From contig NC_058382.1 of NCBI RefSeq assembly GCF_018350175.1, positions 49,230,001-49,294,000 of the forward strand: DNA of 64,000 bases, written 5' to 3'. The notes beneath the pieces were generated by a model. That model ran no database searches. It was not told the origin of the DNA and worked only from the letters and a program-made list of their open reading frames with translations. Numbering within the stretch: position 1 is the stretch's first letter; every line of letters begins with the position of its first letter. Of this stretch, positions 25,091 through 36,772 are shown piece after piece. Made by a program: the position numbers and the translations under genes. This DNA comes from Felis catus (taxonomy: Eukaryota).

Positions 25091-26734
25091 GAGAGAGAAA
25101 GGGAGACAATTCCAAGCAGGCTCCACATTGTCAGTGCAGAACCCGACGCGGGGCTCAACCCCCACACACCATTAGGTCACGACCTGAACCGAAATCAAGT
25201 CAGACGCTCAACAGACTGAGTCACTCAGGCCCTCTCATCTGTCAATTTAAAAAAAAAATACTGTCGATGTGTCCCCCCTGCCTCAGTTGGTACTTATAAT
25301 TTCCTGCCTCCTGCTTGGGCAACGTACGTTTGGGCAATTATATCATTTGTGCAATGGATCCCAATAGGGCAGGATATATTTCCTCTTTCTTACGGTGCCT
25401 AGGATGGGCTCCTGGAAATATTAGGTGTTCCACTCATTATTTCTTGAATGCACCACGTTTCAATGTTCTTTGCGAAACGGCCAGGGTTCCCTGAGGGTCA
25501 GGCAGTGGGGGGGGCGTGGCCGCCGGGGGCGTGGCTGCCGGGGGCGTGGCTGCTGGGTATAAAGTCCTGAGGCTCCACAGGGCTCCTGTTTCCTGAGAAT
25601 GTAAAATAAACCTTAGATGAGACAAGTGGACCGGGACACTGAGCACACCTTCTTAAAACGCCACTCTGGACAGGGCAGTGCCCAGATACAAGGGTCAAAA
25701 TTACAATAATCCGAGCCATATATTCTTGGCGCTCTTTGGCCAAGTACACGTGTTAAGCAGAATTAAAAGTGAGTCAGACTTACACAGGAGTGCTAGCATT
25801 TTATTTTGCCAAATAAAAATATTTTTTAGGGGTACCTGGGTGGCTCAGTCTGTTAAGCATCCGACTTTAGCTCAGGGCATGATCTCAGAGTTTGTGAGTT
25901 CAAGCCCAGCATTGGGATCTGTGCTGTCAGTGCAGAGCCTGCTTTGGATCCTCTGTCCCCTGTCTCTCTGCCCCTACCCCGCTCTCTCTCTTTCTCTCTC
26001 TCTGTCTTAAAAATAAACATTAAAATTTTTTTTTAAGTACCATCAGCAGCATTTCATAAATGAACGAAAATTTCAACACCAAATAGGTAGGAAACACATA
26101 CTTTCAGAATGAAAGACAGTTCTTCCTAAGGAAGGACATTTGACATTTGACATTTACTTTTTTTTTTAAAGGGACCTATTTATAAATATTTATTAATGCA
26201 GAAAAATTACAACCTAAAATTTTGTTTTGTGAGAACTAATTGTGCATAATTATTTTCTTGATTCAAACTGGCCTGTGTGGGGCTCTCTCATCTACACGTG
26301 ACAGGAAGTAGAGTCAATGTCTACACGTTCCACTTCCAAGGTTTTCTTAAAAATTAGTAAAAACCCAGTTTCACAGACAGGTGTGTGGGCTTCCAATGGA
26401 AACAGAACTTTTACTTTTTTTTTTTTCATTCAACTGGAAAAATCCTGGATGAAAATAGGGAAGTGGGAGAGAGCCACGCCCATGGTATGGCCAGCACGCG
26501 GCAGCTGGGGATTCCCTCGAGGGGCGCCTGGGTGGCTCAGTCGGTTGAGTGCCCAGCTCTTGATTTCGGCTCAGGTCATGATCCCAGGGTCATGGGAATA
26601 GGGCTCCATGCTGAACTTAGAGCCTGCTTAAGATTCTCATTCATTCTAATTCCCTCTCTCTCTCTCCCCCTCTCCTCTTTGCCTCTATCCCTGGTTTACA
26701 TTCCCTCTCTAAAGTTAAAAAAAAAAAAAAAAAA
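25022..26734. mobile_element. Can-SINEs at 25022-25232 (-, with (GA)n), 25828-26030 (+), 26521-26734 (+)
   Basis: SINE consensus heads and tails. The span also includes unique sequence. Confidence 0.85.
25511..25563 (+). promoter_or_regulatory. Three tandem Sp/KLF GC boxes (15-bp period) followed by TATAAA; candidate intronic antisense promoter or enhancer
   Basis: GGGGCGTGGC at 25511, 25526 and 25541; TATAAA at 25558-25563. Confidence 0.45.
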
Positions 26735-29700
26735 AGATGGGTCCCTTGAACCCTGGATCAGGCCAGTGAAGGCTGGCACTGGGGGGTGTGCTGCCCATGG
26801 AGGAGGAGGGCAAGAGGGAGGGAGGAAAGGGAGCAGGCACCCTTCTTCCTTTCCATCTCCTCCCTCCTTCTGGGACCCCAGCTTCCTCTCCACTGGAGAG
26901 TCCTGGAGCCGCCAGGTAGCAATGTCATGGGTGACATGCTCTCGGCAAATAAGTTCCAGACTGACCACGCATAAGCCAGGTGCTCTCTGGGTGGCCTCCT
27001 CAGGACCACACCCCTCCTTGGCAGACGTCCAGGTTATTAATCACAGGACTGTACACACCTCTGGTCCGGGAGGAGACTTCAAGGGGAGTCAGCACGCTGG
27101 TAGCACCAGGAGCAGATACACTTGGGGAGCAGGAAGTGTCCTCTAGCGCGTCTTTCGTTGACTATTTTTCTCGAGTCCAGCTGTGAGACTTCCAAGGCCT
27201 CAGCGCCTTTACCCCCACAAACAGGACAAAGACCCTCCCGAAGAAGGGCTTCCACCCCCACTCTGGAGGCTGCTCCCATCTGACCCTGGGCGCGGGGGTT
27301 CCAGGAACGGGTCCTCCTGGGAGCCGCTGCCCCGCACGCACTGGTCTGGGCCACATTTTCCAGCCTTCCATGCCCCGGTGTTTATTTTATAGTTGAGCCG
27401 GGCTCACCCTTGAATTCCACAGGCAAACACCATCCATGAATCAGAAGTGTGTAAAGGTCGTTCCTGGGAACTAGGGTACAAGCTCAAGCGTTAAAAAATA
27501 TTTTTTTTTTAAAGTTTCTTGGAAACTTCCACAATGCATTATTTAAAAGACTCTCCCGCTCCTGGAAGCAAGCCAGAGAGATCTTTAAAAACCGAAATGC
27601 GTCAGAGAGGGAAGAGCACGTGCGTTCTTTTCCAGTATTTGGAAACCGTTCTGCCTTTGGGCTGAACAAGTTTCAGTGTTTTGGTAAAGGAGGGGAGAGG
27701 TAGGTAGTCAGGCTCTCAGTGGCTTTTGTAAGAGTGGTCGGCGCAAGTGCGAATGAGTGTAGTTTGACAGGGGGTGTGCGGCCCATCTGTGGAAGGCGAT
27801 AGCTTCCTCAGAGGGTCCGCCTGGAGGACACGGGTGGCTGTGGGGCAGCAAGAATGGAGTGGAACACCCACCTCCTCGTCCTGGCATCCTTCCCCCGCTG
27901 TGAAGGGGGCAGGAGACACGGCTAGAGGCACTCTAATGGCCAGGTCCCAGGCTGTTTGAGAAGAGCCTGATGGCCGGAGCAGGCTGGTGCTCCAGCGGTG
28001 GTGAAAGCATCTCACTCTCCTGCATTTCCCCGTGACGGTCTCCCGAGCTAGAACGTGAGCTCCATGAGGGCAGAGGTTTGCTGTCTCGCTCACCGCTAGG
28101 TCCCCAGATGATGGCACAGGGTCAGTATTCGTGCTTGTGGGATGACACATTAATGCGTACATGGTGGCCTGTTGAGGCTCTAGGGGCCCAGGCCTGGAGA
28201 GGCCACTGAAGTGTGGGCGGGGCGGGTGGAAAGAGAGCTCCCCGATGCCTTCCAAACCCTGTGTGTACTTAGAAAGAGAAGGTCAACGTGCTCAAGGATG
28301 GCCGATGTGATGGGCCAAGGAGACCCGGTAAGCAGGCCCCGCCCATTCTGAGGTGAGAAACTCTGAACGTGTTGGGAAATATGGCGGCGGCCGCAGGAGG
28401 GCGTTTCCATCTCCTCAGATCCTCCAGCCCCTGTTCAAAGCTGCAAGGAGAGAAGCCGGTGGGACAGCAGTGCCAGCCCTGGCTTCTCCCAGGGCAATGC
28501 CAGTTCCTGGCTAATCAAGAGGCATTATATCCAAGCCGAGGCTCTCCTCTCATGGAGAGTCCTGTGGACACAACTGCCCCTCCTGGGTTCTATCCTCCTC
28601 CGTCCTCTCTCACACTGAGTTCAGCAATCTCAGACCCCAACTCAGAGAGGACCCAGGAGTCACTCCTGTCGGCTCCCTAAGGTTTCAGCCAGTGCCCGCG
28701 ACACCCGCCTCTCAGGGAGGTAGTCCTGGGGGGCAGCTTGGGGCCGGGGGGAACAATCTGGGGCCAGCCTCTAGTTCCAGAGGCTGCAGATTCACCTCTA
28801 GACTAAGGGGCATGGTTCTAGACCAGGCTCCATTGCCAACTTGCTATGTGACCTGCGGATCCTTCTCTAGCAACAAGAAACCGCTTAGGCCTGACAGGGC
28901 ATCCCGAGTTCCCGCCCTGCCCTTAGAGGTTGGGCCGGTGACACCAATGAGTGAAGTGGGCAAAGTGTGGTTCGTAATATGGACTCATTTTGTTTGCATA
29001 AAAACACGTGGGAATATTCTTCACCTCCACAGGGAAAAACGCTCACTCTCGTTTTTAAAACATGAGGTGCCGAGACACAAACAAACAAAAAAACAAAACC
29101 GTGAGGCACCTTTTTGCTAGAGATGAAAGAAACATGGGAAATGCAGCAGGAGCAGAAACCAAGGGTCATGGTCACTTGGTCTTGAATGGAGTGGACCTCA
29201 GGAAGCCTGAGGGGGTGCGGCCCACCGAAGGGGGAGCAGCCGTGACTCAGGTCCAGGTCAGGTGAGGAAGGAGCTGAGCGTCGCAGACCTCCCCGTTTCT
29301 AAGAAAAGCTGGAAAACTAGATATTTGGGTGAAATTTCCAGATTTTAAGATTTGTTTTGCATTTAAAACCAACAGACAAAGGATGTGGGCTAAACCGCCC
29401 TGAGCGCAAACGCAGCCCCCGGTCTGCCGGGTTGAAGTGCTGGGCGAGCTGCGGCCCTCCGCCTCACGGTACAGCCGCAGAGAAGGATGCGCGTGGACAG
29501 CCAAGAGCAGGGGTTTTGTTCTCCCGTGCAAGGCCCAGAACACGGACTCTGCACCCGCGTGGGGCAGGCCTCCAGCCAGCTGTATCAAGGCCCTGAGTGG
29601 ATTGGGTGCCAGAGCCCCAGCAAGGTTCACTGCAGGGTGACCGTCGGCCTCCTCCCCGCCTCCGGTCTCGCAGAGAGGACTGACTCCAAGAGGAAGCCAA

Positions 29701-29834
29701 TTACTGGTTCTCTTTCCCCGTGTGTGGCTGGAAAGGAGACAAAATCTGTGACGGTGTGAAGGAATCACAGCGGAGACACAGGCCGGGCACCAACGGTGTG
29801 ACCTACGGGGCCTCATTTCCCAGTACAGAGGTCT

Positions 29835-30278
29835 GGTACGGGTTGAACTATGCCCCCTCCCAATTCATACATTGGAGGGCTAACCCCCAGTATTTCAAAA
29901 CGTGACCTTATTTGGAAGTAGGGTCATTGTAGAGGTGATTAGTTACAATGAGGTTCTAATCCTATGCGATCTGTGTCCCTATAAAGAGGTGAAGTCTGAA
30001 GAGCAGGGAGGACACCACGTGAAGGCAGAGACGGGGGGGGGGGGGGGGGGGGGGGGGGGGAGGCACCTACAAGCCCAGAAACTCCAACGGTTGCCAGTAA
30101 TCCCCCAGAAGCTAGGGAGCGGCCTGGAACCCGTGCTCCCTCCCAGCTCTCAGCGGGGACTAACCCTACTACCGACACCTTGATCTAGAACTTCTAGCCT
30201 CCAGAACCACAAGACAATAAATCCCTGTTGCCTAAGCCACCCGGTTTGTGGGACTTTGCGACCCTAGCAAACTAGCAC
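29835..30278 (+). mobile_element. MaLR LTR (MLT1B/C-like) containing a G28 run
   Basis: gggttgaactatgcccc...gtgaccttatttggaagtagggtc...cacgtgaaggcagag...gacaccttgatct...ttctagcctccagaac...aagccacccggtttgtgg. Confidence 0.8.
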
Positions 30279-32677
30279 GAGGCCTGAACCAGGTTCCCCC
30301 GGGATGGAGACAAGACCACGGAAGGAGAAGGAATTGAGCCAGAAAACAACAGGAGGAGGCGTCCAGGGACGTGTGGAGAGTCTGTCGCTCATCCTCTGCG
30401 GGGGAGGCGGCAAAAACCAGGGTCTCGTGCCCAACCCAGCCTTCCCACCAGATCTGCCGTGGCAGCCGGCACAGAGAGCCCTCGGCGGGGAAGATGTTCA
30501 GGCACCGCCCCCTTCCTAGCCCGCTGTTGGCTGTCTGGCAGCCAGGGCTGGCCTGGTTCCCCTTCCTCGGGGCCTGAAAAGTCACTCCTAGTTTTCCCCA
30601 CAGGGAAGAGGCAGGCTGAACTGGGGAGGGGGGCGGGTGTCGGGCAAATTGCCGCCTTCTTCAGTGGAAACCGTGGCCAGCTTTGCCCCGTTCCCCCTCC
30701 ACTGGGGCACGTGGCTCTGGGACAGACGAGCCACCTCCATGGTGAGCGCCTTTCCCACCCCACATGTGTGGCCGGCATCTCATTGGTATCGACACGGTTG
30801 TCCCTGAGAGACTGGCATGAGGTATTCCACGGATGGGGGAAACAAAGGCACAGAGGGACCAAGTCACCGCTTCCAGGAGTCTCAAATGGTTGCTGGGACA
30901 GCCAGACAGGAAGCCATGTCGACTGCGGTCCCACTAAGGTTCTTTGCGCACCACCCCTGCCTCTTCTGGGAGGGCTCACCGGGAGGCTCCCGGGTCCCTG
31001 GCGGGGACTCTGCCTTAGCCCCCCAGACCCTGCTGTCCCCAGGGAGGGCTTGCCTGGAGGGCGCACAAGGGGGAGAGAAAAGAGAAGAACAACAGAAAGC
31101 CTGCACTCTGCAGGGTAAACAAACAAGCCGACCCAGAGGCGGTGAAAGGAAGCAGTGTGCTGAGGGTGGGGGCCGCAGGAGGCGGGGGCTGGCATAAAGG
31201 AATGTTGTTCAGGAAAGCCGGGGCTGGGCACCCAGGGATGGACAGATGGCCTTTTATCCCGCAGCCTGGGTTTGGCCTGAAAACCCTTTCTCTGAAACGA
31301 GATGGTGCCCAGGCCCTGTGTCCAGCTGCCTCCGGCCTCTAGGGGCCCAAAGGAAGGTGGGGACTCCAGTCCGCACTGGACTCGATGTGGTCCTGGGAAG
31401 GTAGGAGGGGGGTAGGCCGGGGTAGGGGGCGGGTGCAGACCCAGAACCACAGCTGCACCAAGAGTCTCCCTTGGGGGAAGCCTTCTGTGTTAACAAGCCC
31501 ACCCCTGAGGCCTGTAGGGGACCACTGGTTGCTTTCAGTGGCTAGAAATTTAGGGCTAAAAGGAAGGCAGCAGGATCTGCTTGCTTTCATTTCTAACGAG
31601 CTGCCCTCTGCCAGACTAGGTCCAAACCAGAAGCCCTGGGGCCCTTCCTCTCCTTAAAACATTTAAAATAAAGCCTTCCTGTGCAAAACCAGAAACGACA
31701 ATAATACTGGGCAGGTGACAAGGCACCCCCCAAACACCCCCACTTGTTGCCCACCCACGATGGCTGCAAGGTGATGAACTCTGCTGGCCGCTGTCCCTGG
31801 ATTCACGGTAGGAAGAAGAAAGGAAAAGAGAGCGAGTGGCAAACGTGTGCCTGGGGTGTGACCAACTTATCCCGCTCAGGAGGTGTGGGGCATGGACCAG
31901 ACCACCCCAGCCTCCAGGGTCCTTGCCATCGGTTCGCTGTGGACCTGGTATTGCTTCCCCTGATGACACGATCCCCCAAGGAGCACGTCACGAGCCACCT
32001 TGTCACCAGAAGCAGAAGCCTGTAGAGGTGGGCAATCCAGGACATCAGAAAAGGGAGACAGTGGATTAAAAATACTAAATCACTACTCAGATCTCTCCAG
32101 AATACACCCACAACTTTTCAGGCTATTAACTTGATTCTCTACTAGGCTCTGCCTGCCATGGACCATCTGCATCCACAGGGAGCCTCTCTTCTCTACCTCT
32201 AACCTCAGATTAGGGCACCACACCCAGGAATGCACCGAGTCAAGCGGACACGTGGTTTTTTTTCCCAATGGAAGCCTGACTCTGGGATTTGGGGCAGCTG
32301 GGAGCCCGAGGTTGGGGTGGGGGTGGGGCCTGGGCTTGGTCAGGGCGGACAGGAGAAGATCTGAGGCTCACCTCCTCAGTCCCGCCTTACAAAGTCCTGG
32401 TGGGCACTACAGCACCTGACTTTTAACCCCGATGAGCGGCACCAACAGCCTGCAGGACTGGATAGGACACTTCTAGACCATAGTTTCTCAAGACTTAGGC
32501 CTCCAAGCACCTCAGGCAGGCTTACAGAATGTGCTATGTGCAAGGAAAATACATTTAAACCATCTAACATACATTATCTCCTCATTGGCCCAACTTCTAT
32601 GTTAAAATACATTTTGGACTTATCATGGAATGCTCCAGTCCTATAAGGACTATGCTGAAAATACTATATTCTGCTGA

Positions 32678-33040
32678 TTTTGTTTGTTTTGTTTTAAGGA
32701 AGCTTCATACCCAGTACAAAGCCCAATGTGGGGCTTTAACTCACAACTGTGAGATCAAGACCTGAGCTGAAATAAAGAGTTGAACGCTCAACTGACTGAG
32801 CCCCCCAGGTGCCCCTATGTTTTGCTGTTTGTTTTTAAATCTTTTTATTTATTTATTTTTGAGAAAGAGAGCACACATGGGGGAGAGGCAGAGAGAGAGA
32901 GGGAGACACAGAATCGGAAGCAGGCTCCAGGCTCTGAGCTGTCAGCACAGAGCTCACTGTGGGGCTCGAACCCATGAACCATGAGCTCATGACTTGAACC
33001 GAAGTCGGCCGCTCAACTGACTGAGCCCCTCAGGTGCCCC
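32678..33040 (-). mobile_element. Two tandem antisense Can-SINEs (32678-32815 short form; 32840-33040)
   Basis: Both end in caggtgcccc. The second is flanked by ta(t/c)gttttgctgttt. Confidence 0.85.
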
Positions 33041-33875
33041 TACGTTTTGCTGTTTTTAAAAGAAGAAACAAGACCACTGTTTACAAATGACCTCATAATC
33101 TCGCTATCCCAGAAATAATATTCCCAAATTTTCCTTTTACGATCTACTAGTTTAAGAGAGATAATTCACTGCTATTGTCAACGTTGGTTACAGATGATTA
33201 TATTGCCAAAAATAATAGAAGGCACTGAACTGTTTTGCAAGCAAAACAAAACCATAACAACGACAAAAATCAACCTGCCTTATACCTGCTACTTTTTACG
33301 GATTCCAATCTACTGATGCAAACTATTCTCTCTCTCCATGCCCGGACATGGAATCTTCTCCCATTTACAGTCGAGGATGTTTATGTTCAGAGAGGTTGAC
33401 TGGCTTGTCTCCAGGGGTATGATTAGTTCTAGAACACAAGACTGTTGGGTTCTGAGCCTGTGTCTTCTTTTCCACTCTCATTTAACCTAGTTCCAAACTC
33501 AGTGCACGTCTCTTAAACTAAGAAAATTGCCATGGCGAGTCCGAGAACTGGCATCTCCTGGTGAGCTACAGCCTGTACTCCATGTTTTACGCTCATTAAA
33601 CATCATGTTTATACTCGTCGCTACAAGGTGCTTTAAGGGATGATGTCCTTGAACAATCCCAGGACAAACTGTCCTTCTGGGTGTTCAGTGCCTCTTTGAT
33701 ATAGCTACCGCTCAGGGACATCACTTAATACACAATCTGGTGTGGTCAAGGGCAAGAAGGAACTATTTGTTGAACAACACAGGCATACCACCTTCCTGGA
33801 AAGAGTCATCAGATTAGGATACCATTATCCTAGAGAGAAATACCTTTCAACTCTGGGTCACAGCTCTAGCTAGAC

Positions 33876-34073
33876 CAGTGCTACCCCAGAGAGCTTTCTG
33901 CAATGATGGAAATGTTCTAGATCTGTGCTGTCCAATATGGTCCCCTATGTCTACTGAGCACTTGAAATGTGACTCATGTAACTGAAGTACTGAACTTTGA
34001 TTTTATGGCATTTTAATTAATTTTAAATTACAAAGCCACATGTGGCAAGGGGCTACCATATTGGAGAGCATAG
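33876..34073. mobile_element. MER3-like hAT-Charlie MITE
   Basis: cagtgct...ctttctgcaatgatggaaatgttcta.atctgtgctgtccaatatggt...gagcacttgaaatgtg...agccacatgtggc...gctaccatattgga.agca. Confidence 0.8.
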
Positions 34074-34079
34074 CTCTGG

Positions 34080-35090
34080 ACTCATATATTCAACTACCAC
34101 TTAAAATCTCTACCCGAGTGTTTCCTTGGCATTTCAGACGCAATGTGGCCCCAAGGGACTTTGATTACCCCACCCCAAATCTGGGCTTACACCCAAGCAT
34201 TCACTTCCCATATATCAAACCACCCAGTTACTCAAGTCACCTTGGCATCATCCTCAACTCTTTCTCTTACTCTCAGCGTTTGGTCCATCAGCAAGTTGTA
34301 GTGGTTCTACCTCCAAGACATTTCCAATTCCTAGACACTTCCTCTGTCTCAATAGCCGCTCAGTCCAGGCAACCTCCCTCTGTCATCTGGACAATAGCGA
34401 TGTCTTCTTAGCTCTCTTCCTGCTCCTCCTCTTGGCCCCCTGCAACCTACCCTCCACAAGGGAGCTGGAACAATCTAGTAAAATACAGACCAACTTTGTC
34501 AGTCTTCCACTTAAAATCTTCCAGCCTAGTCTCGAAATAAAATCGAACCTCCCCAACGATGACTATGAGCTCTACAGAGGCAGGGCTCCTGCTTCCCTCC
34601 CCACTCCACCCCACACCACACTCCTCTTCACCTGCAATGCTGTAGCAGCAGAAGAGCCTCCTTTTGGATTCCTGATGCCACATACCCCAGGACCTTTGCA
34701 CTTGCTGTTCCTGCTGCTTAGAATTTTTTTTGCTTTTTTACCCAGTTCTCCTTTATGATGACTCCTTTGTTTCCATCAGATATCAGTTCAGAGAAGACTT
34801 GCCAGACTACTCCTGTCAGAAGCTGTAGCTGTTACTCTGTCACAGCCCCTGTTCTAAAATACATGATCTATTTTGTTGTATAATATATGCACATATGTAT
34901 ATGTATATACACATAGACTATAACAGTCTACATAAAATATGATATTCTGTTGTAGCTCTTGTCACCACCTCTAACTGTCCTATCTGTCTCCTCCCCTCCA
35001 CTGGCAGGTATACCCCGTGAAGGCAGTCACTAGTTGTCTTTTTATCCTCAGCACTGAACTCAGTCTGAGCATGAGGAGACATCATCTATG
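34080..35090 (+). mobile_element. L2 LINE 3' remnant
   Basis: cttggcatcatcctcaactc...caggacctttgcacttgctgttcc, typical of the L2 3' region. Confidence 0.6.
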
Positions 35091-35959
35091 TTTGTGCCTG
35101 AGCAGGGAAAGGAATGGTAGGCAGAGGAAGGCAGGCCTGCAGGTCCCCGGGGCCACTTGAGGCTTTTGCCAGCGTCATCTTTGGAGACATCCCGTCCTAA
35201 CAGTGGTCAGTTCCTCGGCCCAGTTCACTTGTCCAGGTGAAGATAGAATGAGGGCAGCAGGTCGGAACAGACCCCACAGGCCCTAGCTGGGGGAAGGGGC
35301 CACACTGGGAGATTAGGATGTCACCACTCTCCAGCTCCTCTGGGGGGTGCGTGGCTTTGCCCAAGAGGATCTGAGCTACGTAGCAACTCGGGTTCTGAAA
35401 ACATCTATCTCTTGCCGCCTAAGAGAAATCTACCTTTTCTTGGCAGAAGCTGGGGCTGAAGGGGCTTATTATCACCCTATTTTGATTTAATCTACACGTT
35501 TCTGTCTTACAGATCTCACGTGATTTCACTGTGGCCACACAAATCTGGTAGGGACGCAGGGAATAAGGGAACCGAGGCCACGAGTGTTTGCATGAGTCAC
35601 ACAGCATCACACAGCCAGGGCACAGGTCTTGGACTGCAGACCCCAGCCTCCTCCTCTTTCTGGATGGGTGGGTGAGAGGGTGGTCTGTCTGCACAACTGC
35701 TCTGTGACAAGCCCCACACCAGGAGCCTGGGGATGCTGATTCTTTAGGACTCCCAAGAGACCTGCCCAGCGAGAAACTTTCATGTTCCCAGTTTTCCATC
35801 CCTAGTTTCCCTCTGCCCTGAGCCTTCTAGGGCAGTGGGCTGCAAACTTTCCAGGGCTTCTGAGCCACACACAGTATTTGTTAAAAATACGGATTTCTGG
35901 AATCTCGCTTCCAGAAATTTTAATTTTATAGATTTGAGGGGTGCCCCCCAGGAGAAAAA

Positions 35960-36100
35960 AATATATATATATAATATATAATATATATAATATAATATAT
36001 AATAAATAAATAAATATATAATATATATTATATATTATATATTATATATTATATATTATATATTATATATATACTCATATAATTACATATTATAATATAC
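35960..36100. repeat. AT-rich (TA)n/(TATAT)n low-complexity tract
   Basis: Directly visible; follows a MER5-like remnant at ~35833-35950. Confidence 0.9.
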
Positions 36101-36299
36101 TATGCTAAGTAATTCTTTGAGTTAGTTTACGTGCATGTTTTTTCATTCAAATGAAACATCAAACTTGTCATCCAAGTCTTCAATCTTTGGACCTCTGTTG
36201 CTACTAGAGTAATTTTCCTGAAATCTAACACAGTCTGTAGTGCATACCACACTTGCTTCCATCTAGGTTGTTCGAGTGGTAGAGTTGTTTAGTGACATC

Positions 36300-36772
36300 T
36301 GTACCGGGTGGAATGGTGTCCCTCGCCCCCACCCCCCCACCCCCAACCAAATTCATGTTTACCTAGAACCTGTGAATGCAACTTTATTTGGAAAGAGGGT
36401 ACCTGCAGCCGTCATGCAGTTAATTTAAGGTCCTACTGGATTAAAGGGGGCTGTGAGTCCAATATGACTGGTGTCCTCAAAAGAAGCGGGGAAATTTGGA
36501 GATGCGGACACAGAGATACAGGCAAGGACGCGTTTGTGAGGATGGAGGCAGAAATTGGAGTGGTATAATCTACAAGCCAAGAGATGCCCGCCCCACCAGA
36601 AGCCAGGAAAGGGGCAAGGAACAGATTCTCCTTCAGAGCCTCCAGGAGGAAACGACTCTGCCCATACCTTGAAGTCAGACTTCTAGTCTCTAGAACTGTG
36701 AGATGATTAATGTCGCCTTTTAAGCCACCTAGTTTGTGGTACTTTGTTACAGCTTCTTGAGAAAGTAATACA
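36300..36772 (+). mobile_element. MaLR LTR (MLT1C-like)
   Basis: aaattcatgtttacctagaacctgtgaatg..actttatttggaaa...ccaatatgactggtgtcct...gaactgtgaga...ttaagccacctagtttgtggtactttgttacagc...taataca. Confidence 0.82.

Noticed and set aside
30389..31450. 353-aa ORF and overlapping 219-aa antisense ORF
   Set aside because: Pro/Gly/Arg-rich, no recognisable domain, no supporting splice structure; typical of GC-rich intron.
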